DNA from: a bacterium
GTDB taxonomy: Bacteria > UBP14 > UBA6098 > B30-G16
Assembly (NCBI GenBank): GCA_030620455.1
Contig: JAUXEQ010000001.1
Coordinates: 1 to 37,240, forward strand
Length of the DNA: 37,240 bases
Direction: 5' to 3'
Part shown: positions 8,601-14,186 of the stretch, piece after piece
Position numbering within the stretch: position 1 is the stretch's first letter
Layout of the letters: each line of letters opens with the position of its first letter
Program-made: the position numbers and the translations under genes
Notes under the pieces: model-generated
What the model was told of the DNA's origin: nothing
Database searches by the model: none
Seen by the model: the letters and a program-made list of their open reading frames with translations, nothing else

Positions 8601-9001
8601 TGTGCCATTCTGAAAGAACATAATGCTCTGATATAAAGAGAACGAATATATTCTTCACCCAAGATGTTCAAGTTTTTGAAAGCCATCGCAGCTTCTCTAA
8701 ATGTTTCTGCCGACTTCTCGAGCATGTCGGAGTCCTTCCCAATTCGACCTACATAATACTGTGATGTACCGAGAAAATATTTTGAATAAGCTTCATCGGA
8801 TGGTGGAAGAACACCAGACAAAAGTTCTTCAAATGCTGTAACTGCATTCTCGAATTCCGCTTTAGACTCATCGAATTTTTCAAAATTATAAGCCTTGACA
8901 CCCTTATCGAGTATCTGAGTGGCTGTACCCAAGTCCATTTCTTGTGCAAAAACTACACTTATAACCATTAAAGGTATCATTAAAAATAACAACCTGCGCA
9001 T
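5696..9001 (-). CDS. Secreted 1101-aa TPR-like helical repeat / PEGA-like / six-bladed NHL beta-propeller protein
   Basis: SD AAGGGGG lies 7 nt before the ATG. Signal peptide MRRLLFLMIPLMVISVVFAQE. About 700 aa of helical TPR-like sequence follow. PEGA-like strand set: YKITTNRGTHDLTVKKKGFYLWDSQIKISRSERITIYLKK. Six NHL-type blades: TYVANAANNRLQRLD, VVITDPKRHQVITF, YYIADAGNHRILIF, LLVADIGKGKIVRF, IFVSDYVLNNLIKY, VYIANNSGLKIL. Confidence 0.8.
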   Translation of the reverse strand: MRRLLFLMIPLMVISVVFAQEMDLGTATQILDKGVKAYNFEKFDESKAEFENAVTAFEELLSGVLPPSDEAYSKYFLGTSQYYVGRIGKDSDMLEKSAETFREAAMAFKNLNILGEEYIRSLYIRALCSFRMAQLTASERTEARLLENAIGDFISFLEDDNVKANAEDVQELIDNGYFLLGFSRFSLGFIKTFKEATYSNAIKLFGDAKEAFDVAKKSSNERLALASTYMDAVCIYTNARVYLRVSDDNWKKYKLSSQSKIAATEGKLQNSLDLNNKLITAAGTQKDIRDLTVLSKLVDMLTLGSIGQKDQLDKSIEKMADLRNNVSIGKDVLRRIGDASLLNFLIYNGSARSATNNLGRIISTDNDAIYWFGWVHFINSVYPAANTKISNFLAKTGSDRSTRMLELRADAKFRQAECKFWMGVKTDNVNLLASADEIFKALENPKGQYYNYLTSDVRNLVSIRRFLINIETSLGKERDVSVFDAAMALAGISLPKDAEKYIEAGKYFLQKGIETAGDKRRIALNFAIHAFNRVLNASVSSEVKNRSRFLKGVSLVKLATVQEKDQAPGTIEQAKTVLTGCTSPYKNEANYVIGIGYFNINQYDKASPILSSLKAKGHIRAAYTYALIQIERNNCSSAAKSLGSILKTVRDRTNYWYQKANLELSKLSCRGDASAAGALASYRDAPMTYENLVDEEAERGRKKRECLYIWQKDSKFKKNPDIDELVPDRPPETHVTIEIAIEPPGGEEEIVLDDKPELAKPVSGKKSLYKITTNRGTHDLTVKKKGFYLWDSQIKISRSERITIYLKKAVRYTSTGNISGTRKSLAVASNGLETYVANAANNRLQRLDNQGKRKEEYKLRELKISAIGGLALDGSKVVITDPKRHQVITFKPKGTGAAMLIESEETPEEIITKEGDIESVKKIGDINVIAYSGEKYGSAPLWMPAGVTVFEDEYYIADAGNHRILIFEGPSFKKEFGGRKLIHPISVAVNGDYLLVADIGKGKIVRFTIAGEYVDEIELENQTQPSSVYVTPDGFIFVSDYVLNNLIKYTDKFVPISVASEDLLSPRAITQRGEGPESIVYIANNSGLKILKGSWDNNYKP

Positions 9002-9090
9002 GATTATTCCCCCTTATTTTAAATTTTACTCTTCTAATATCTATTAATTAAAACGATCTATTCCAATCTTGTATTATTTTCAGATTATCC

Positions 9091-9117
9091 AGGAGGGGTT
9101 AAATATTAACCCCTCCT
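9091..9117 (-). promoter_or_regulatory. GC-rich 11-12 bp hairpin between the lipoprotein gene and the TPR-NHL gene
   Basis: AGGAGGGGTTA(A) at 9091-9102 and (T)TAACCCCTCCT at 9106-9117 form a perfect inverted repeat around a 3-5 nt loop. The hairpin starts 8 nt after the stop at 9126. On the minus strand it has no U-tract after it (the T-run precedes it). Confidence 0.5.
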
Positions 9118-9125
9118 TAAAAAAA

Positions 9126-9674
9126 TTAATACATCTCAGCCCGTACAACTGTAAATCCTGTTTGTCTAACTATATCCCTAACGCTTCCAAGTTTGGGATC
9201 AGGTTTCCCCGGTTCAGCTTCGATAAGCCTAATTTGTGATAGATCAACCTCAATTCGCTTTTTTGCAACATCTACTTTAATTCTTATAGGACCATAACCA
9301 TATCGAGTATAAATCCAACTTTGTAGAACCCTAATAATGTAATCATTGAAACGAGGTGAACCGGTTCTTTGAAGTATAGATGGCGATATTACAGCCGAGT
9401 CTACTATGTATTCGACAATCAAGGGTTTATCTGGAATACCATAGCTTTCCTTAACAATATCAAATTCCACATAATCAGTAGCATTAGCAATCCTAAATAT
9501 CGGATCTGGTGGAGGAGTATATCTCAAAGTAATTTTACCTAATCCACCCCTAAAAATAATTTTAGGTCCTTCTGGCAAGTTAATATACGACTCACCACCT
9601 TTACTTGCACAGCCTAACATAACGATGGACAAAAGAATGATTATTAACCCTATTGTAATAAATTTCCTGTTCAT
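9126..9674 (-). CDS. Lipoprotein with a possible TonB C-terminal-like domain (function uncertain)
   Basis: ATG overlaps the upstream exbD stop (ATGA), with AGGAGG 8 nt upstream. Signal peptide plus lipobox: MNRKFITIGLIIILLSIVMLGCASKGG. The segment VISPSILQRTGSPRFNDYIIRVLQSWIYTRYGYGPIRIKVDV resembles the TonB_C pattern (SSG..lD.aal.av..W.f.P....v.v.f). The position after exbB-exbD-exbD is where tonB usually sits. Confidence 0.5.
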   Translation of the reverse strand: MNRKFITIGLIIILLSIVMLGCASKGGESYINLPEGPKIIFRGGLGKITLRYTPPPDPIFRIANATDYVEFDIVKESYGIPDKPLIVEYIVDSAVISPSILQRTGSPRFNDYIIRVLQSWIYTRYGYGPIRIKVDVAKKRIEVDLSQIRLIEAEPGKPDPKLGSVRDIVRQTGFTVVRAEMY

Positions 9675-10240
9675 TCTGATCTCCTCCTTCTGCGAGTACT
9701 TTTGATCTCAACTTTGAGATCAGAAAGTGTTCCTCTTACCCATGCAATTTTAGCAATTCCAATCGAGTGCATATACCCAGTAATCTTCACTACTTCGCTA
9801 TAAGGAAGATCACCGGGAGAACGAATAACAACCGCTGGATCATTGTCCCTAACCTCATCAAGGAATCCTTTAAGTCCCTGATCGTTATATAGCACTCTAT
9901 ATCTGAGGACAGCATTTCTAAATGCTCTGTATGCTGCTACATTCTTGACTAATGCCCGTTTATCAGAGAACCATTTATAGAATTCAGCCGATTCGTCGTT
10001 TCCCTGCAATACAAAATAGTCTAAACCTCCCATCGGATTTTTATACATCTGTATCAAAACCGACGCCTCAGAATCTCCACTTTTAGGTGTAGGGAGGTTC
10101 ATCAATCCCTCCACCTGAGGAGCGGACTTAATCGCAGGCATAATGGACATTGTAACCAAGAAAAATATCATTAATTGGAAAATAATATCTACCATTGAAG
10201 TAAGTTCCGCTTCTGGGAGAGGTTCTGCTCTTCTTCTCAT
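9671..10240 (-). CDS. exbD: ExbD/TolR-family biopolymer transport protein (paralogue 2)
   Basis: N-terminal motif AELTSMVDIIFQLMIFFLVT, a single TM with the conserved Asp. 189 aa. SD GGGAGGTG. Confidence 0.85.
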   Translation of the reverse strand: MRRRAEPLPEAELTSMVDIIFQLMIFFLVTMSIMPAIKSAPQVEGLMNLPTPKSGDSEASVLIQMYKNPMGGLDYFVLQGNDESAEFYKWFSDKRALVKNVAAYRAFRNAVLRYRVLYNDQGLKGFLDEVRDNDPAVVIRSPGDLPYSEVVKITGYMHSIGIAKIAWVRGTLSDLKVEIKSTRRRRRSE

Positions 10241-10252
10241 TATTGCACCTCC

Positions 10253-10798
10253 CTATAGCTCATAAGTTTTCTTGACTTTTGAAAATCGAAACCCGACAAC
10301 CTCAATAGAATCTCTATCGCAAAATTCCATTATATCAAGAATATATCCGAATGGTGTATCTTTATGTGCTCTAAGTTCAAGTCTTGGTGGAAGATTCCCC
10401 ATAAATATATCATCTTCAATTTTCTTTTGAAGTTTTCTTTTTGCGACTTCAAGCGAAAAAGGACCTCGAGAATGAGTTGAATCAGCCTTAGCATCCCTAA
10501 CAGTAGAAATATCTGGATCTAGGATATAAGCTCCTAGTTCACCATTAAAAGGTTTTTCATTAATTTTATTAATGTGAAGAAGATATCCTTCGGATAACTC
10601 ATCCTGAACAGAAGCCAACTTTTCAACCGGAGGTAATTTCGGGAGATCCTTTGTTTCTTCACCTCTAACAGCCGCAGTAGCCTGTTGAATTAAAGTTCCA
10701 AGAGCCATTGTAACCATAAAGAATATCAGAAGCTGGAAAATAATGTCAATCAAAGAAGTCCATTGAGCCTTAGGTAGTTCTTCAGTTCTGTTTTTCAT
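10253..10798 (-). CDS. exbD: ExbD/TolR-family biopolymer transport protein (paralogue 1)
   Basis: N-terminal motif AQWTSLIDIIFQLLIFFMVT with the conserved TM Asp. 181 aa. SD GGGAGGTG lies 7 nt before the ATG. Confidence 0.85.
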   Translation of the reverse strand: MKNRTEELPKAQWTSLIDIIFQLLIFFMVTMALGTLIQQATAAVRGEETKDLPKLPPVEKLASVQDELSEGYLLHINKINEKPFNGELGAYILDPDISTVRDAKADSTHSRGPFSLEVAKRKLQKKIEDDIFMGNLPPRLELRAHKDTPFGYILDIMEFCDRDSIEVVGFRFSKVKKTYEL

Positions 10799-10812
10799 TA
10801 AAGTTCACCTCC

Positions 10813-12156
10813 CTATGCCTGGTTAAGAATCTCGGTCATCAATTCTTCCCATTTACCGAAGATCCAATCCACTTTTCCACGGTAATAATAGTGTATTAAC
10901 ATCATCGGAATTCCAAACATCAAACCTACGATAGTTGTAATAAGAGCTATATAAATGCCACCTGCCAATTGTGGTACTATTACTGTAAGTTGAGCACTGG
11001 GATTTATTCTAATAGTTTCCTCAATTTTACCGAATGCCGATCTAATGCCAACTACTGTACCAAAGAGCCCCATCATAGGTTCAATAGAACCAATAGCCCA
11101 TAATCCGGTAACTTCCCAACCCTTAAGTTCGTCAAGTTCTTTTAGAACTGTGTTTTCAGCAGCTCGGTCCATCTCCTGGGAAGAATAGAAACTATTCCTA
11201 TTAGATCTATGATTTTCAAGGGCTGCAAGCATAACTCTTATTGTAGCATAATCTAAAGGTTTTTTGGGAAGCTTAATCCCGGGAACACCGTTCCGACAAA
11301 TTTCTATTGCCTTTTCAACATTTGGAAGACCTATATCCAACCACAGCTTCTTTGCCATTTCTTCTTCGAGATGTGCATCGGCTTTGATATATTCTTCCTT
11401 ACTCGTAAAATCTTCGGGACTGAGCGACATGGATTCCATAGCCTTTGACCAATATTTAGCAACTTCTCGAACGAAGACATTGCCTTTTGCACTTTGCATT
11501 TCCGTCTTTCCCACTCTATCAACAGGAAATATTCGGTATATAAGTCCGGGTTTATTTGGTGGAAATACATTGGCCAACCATAAACGTCTCCAAATTAAAA
11601 TCCATATAAGAATACCAAAAAAGAATAGCAGATGCTGAGGTATCATAAATACCATACTACCTTCCTTCACAAATTTCCAGTACCATTTAAAAATTCCCTT
11701 TCCTTCTGTTTTTATTGCTACGTGCTCGTGAAGGATACCCTCAGCGAAATCCCATCTGGATTGGAAATCGCCACTAGCTAAAACAACCCGCCACCAATAC
11801 TGTTTTCCAAAGTCCAACCCATCAAATGTATAGGACAATTCACCAGTTTCGCTTCTATTAACAATATTAGAAAAATTAGAATCAACCGCAACCTCAGCTC
11901 TGAATGTCAATCCAAGTTCAGCGGGGTCAGCAACTTTATCCCATTCACCGTAACTCATATTTCTTGCATCATACATTTTCTTGTAAACTTCCCAACCTAA
12001 AACAACCTGAAGATTACCAGCTTCATCCTTAAGGTTATCTGCGAGTGTAATATGAACCCATACGGAGTCCATGTTCTCTTCTTGCGCATTCACCGATCCC
12101 GGAATAAACAGAACTGCTGCCAATAGAACAGTTAGAAACGAAAGTCTCCTTAACAT
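10813..12156 (-). CDS. exbB: MotA/TolQ/ExbB-family proton-channel subunit with cleavable signal peptide and N-terminal FN3-like periplasmic domain
   Basis: C-terminal channel motifs GLWAIGSIEPMMGLFGTVVGI and LAGGIYIALITTIVGLMFGIPMMLIHYY. SD AAGGAGG. N-terminus MLRRLSFLTVLLAAVLFIPGSVNAQEE is followed by ~125 aa ending SYTFDGLDFGKQYWWRVVLASGDFQSRWDF, then TM1 (LLFFFGILIWILIW). Confidence 0.85.
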   Translation of the reverse strand: MLRRLSFLTVLLAAVLFIPGSVNAQEENMDSVWVHITLADNLKDEAGNLQVVLGWEVYKKMYDARNMSYGEWDKVADPAELGLTFRAEVAVDSNFSNIVNRSETGELSYTFDGLDFGKQYWWRVVLASGDFQSRWDFAEGILHEHVAIKTEGKGIFKWYWKFVKEGSMVFMIPQHLLFFFGILIWILIWRRLWLANVFPPNKPGLIYRIFPVDRVGKTEMQSAKGNVFVREVAKYWSKAMESMSLSPEDFTSKEEYIKADAHLEEEMAKKLWLDIGLPNVEKAIEICRNGVPGIKLPKKPLDYATIRVMLAALENHRSNRNSFYSSQEMDRAAENTVLKELDELKGWEVTGLWAIGSIEPMMGLFGTVVGIRSAFGKIEETIRINPSAQLTVIVPQLAGGIYIALITTIVGLMFGIPMMLIHYYYRGKVDWIFGKWEELMTEILNQA

Positions 12157-12342
12157 CAGAACCTCCTTTAATTATTGTTAGATAATTCCATTCAATTTAA
12201 TTTTATATCGATATCACTTCTCATTATCAAAACCGAACCATAAGTTTGTATATATAAGATTCTAACTATTTAATTTACAATATTAATACATTTCTATAAA
12301 TCATTTCAATCTTTGAACCGAATATCCATATAACAATACATA

Positions 12343-14148
12343 CTACAACGTACCTAGAAGCCTTTTCATTGCATCAGCCTGCTTCATTTCACCAAGATTT
12401 TCATATACATTAGCTGCTCTTTGAACCGCTTTTTTCACAACCCTACTTTCTGCATTGGGATAGAAAAGCAAAATATCCAAATATGATATAAGAGCAGATT
12501 CAAGATTGTCATCTCCACCTTTTTCTGCATAAATATCACCCATAAGTAATAAAGCGTTATCCGCAACCGAGTTATCGACATATTTTTCAGGAATCATAGG
12601 ATAGGACAATCTTCCCCAAAGCTCATCATAGAAGCCGTAACCAAAGTTTTTAACAAGTTTCTCGAGAAGATAAATTGAACTATCGGAATCTGCCTTTTGA
12701 ATAAGCTTTGCTAATCTATATAAAGAAAGTGCCCTAACAGGATCCTCAAGTTCATCCTGTTCAGCAATATCGCTGTATATATTCTTTGCACTATCTATGT
12801 AACCAAGAGCTTCAAATGTATATCCAAGATCATATTGAAGTCTTACGTCATATTGTGTGCTATCTCCACCTAAGAAAATTAGTTCTTTAATCAGGTTCTT
12901 TGTATCCTCGTTTAGTTCTTTAAACATTGAAACTTCAGCAAACATGTAATGCGTTCTTTGTGAAAAAATTAGATTAGCGTCTTCCGTAGCCATAATAGCT
13001 TGTGGCCAGTCTGTGCCAAATTTACCAATATATGCTTCTTTGAAATAATAATGTATATCTTTAAAAGCTGGTTCTACATCGAGAGGAGCTTCCTCACTTT
13101 CATACGTAAAATAACAGTCCCCGTAAATAAGGTTAGCTTTTGCACCAATAAGACCGTCTTTGTCTAACAGACCTTCAAATTCAACAAGGTGTTCACATGG
13201 ATTGGTTTGGGCCATCAAATCTCTAATATCATATCGTTCAGGACCATTGAAAGTCAAAGTCAACCGAACAAAATCCTCACCAAGTGGATTCATAGCTGCA
13301 GCTGCATAGTCAAGACTAGGACGTCCAACACCTGCAAGAGAACTAATTAACCTATCCAACGCCAATCCCATTCCAAAAGAAAGTTCGGACATATTATACC
13401 CAGCTCTGAGTTTTAGGAACTTTGAAATCTGAGCTTCTGCACCGATATGTGGTGTAATAATATCATCGACTATCTCGAGGTCAGCCAATATGAAAACTCG
13501 ACGCATAGCTTTAAACATTGCACCCAACCTGAAAGATATAGGATATTCATCCTCAGAAATAGTTGAAGCACCAATATTGTGAACAGATACTCCAAATCTT
13601 AATCGTCTTACAAAATCTCTTGTAACTAATCCTATATCCAAACCACCAAAACCGTTCGATGAACGGTCTTCCATAGATGACATAAGATACTTGGCAGCAA
13701 TACCTACTCTAACTTTTCTTCCCAATACCCATCGACCATATCCAGCGGAAATAGCGGAATTGTTAGATGAAAAATCACCTGTAGGTCTGTTATAAATATC
13801 TCTGCCATCAAAATTAGAAACACCTATATTAGCAAGCGATAAACCGAAATTCCCAATGTTTTGAACTGGATATGCGAATGAGAAATGGTTATATCTTGAA
13901 TCCATAAACAACTGTGCATAGGTCAGTGAAAGTTCCCAACGTTCAAGTTGAGCTAAACCTGCTGGGTTATAAAGAAGCGCATCCCCATTATGAGCAAGAG
14001 TAGAAAATGCTCCACCCATAGCAAGACCTTGAGCACAAGTACCAAATCTAAGATAATCACCCGGTTTACCATACTTCCCATCTTCAGCTAAACAAAAGCT
14101 TAGTAAAAACACCAGGATTAATATTGGTATCGTGAATTTTAATCTCAT
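12343..14148 (-). CDS. Outer-membrane PorV/PorQ-like beta-barrel fused to a C-terminal TPR-like domain
   Basis: SD AGGGGG. Signal peptide MRLKFTIPILILVFLLSFCLAED. Barrel part starts YLRFGTCAQGLAMGGAFSTLAHNGDALLYNPAGLAQL and ends SLDYAAAAMNPLGEDFVRLTLTF (about aa 1-300). The following ~300 aa are helical repeats (LGYTFEALGYIDSAKNIYSDIA; LLLMGDIYAEKGG...LDILLFYPN; AANVYENLGEMKQADAM). Confidence 0.7.
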   Translation of the reverse strand: MRLKFTIPILILVFLLSFCLAEDGKYGKPGDYLRFGTCAQGLAMGGAFSTLAHNGDALLYNPAGLAQLERWELSLTYAQLFMDSRYNHFSFAYPVQNIGNFGLSLANIGVSNFDGRDIYNRPTGDFSSNNSAISAGYGRWVLGRKVRVGIAAKYLMSSMEDRSSNGFGGLDIGLVTRDFVRRLRFGVSVHNIGASTISEDEYPISFRLGAMFKAMRRVFILADLEIVDDIITPHIGAEAQISKFLKLRAGYNMSELSFGMGLALDRLISSLAGVGRPSLDYAAAAMNPLGEDFVRLTLTFNGPERYDIRDLMAQTNPCEHLVEFEGLLDKDGLIGAKANLIYGDCYFTYESEEAPLDVEPAFKDIHYYFKEAYIGKFGTDWPQAIMATEDANLIFSQRTHYMFAEVSMFKELNEDTKNLIKELIFLGGDSTQYDVRLQYDLGYTFEALGYIDSAKNIYSDIAEQDELEDPVRALSLYRLAKLIQKADSDSSIYLLEKLVKNFGYGFYDELWGRLSYPMIPEKYVDNSVADNALLLMGDIYAEKGGDDNLESALISYLDILLFYPNAESRVVKKAVQRAANVYENLGEMKQADAMKRLLGTL

Positions 14149-14186
14149 TGCATTTGCCCCCTATTTGTTATCGATAATAATTTTTT

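Noticed and set aside
6116-8949. Short ORFs on both strands inside 5696..9001 (for example 6116..6388, 7419..7649, 7612..7959, 8185..8388, 8749..8949)
   Set aside because: They are shadow or alternate-frame ORFs nested in the 1101-aa gene, as expected by chance in AT-rich DNA.
11264-11638. 124-aa plus-strand ORF and 79-aa minus-strand ORF within the exbB-like gene
   Set aside because: They are antisense or out-of-frame relative to a gene with clear family motifs, and have no independent support.
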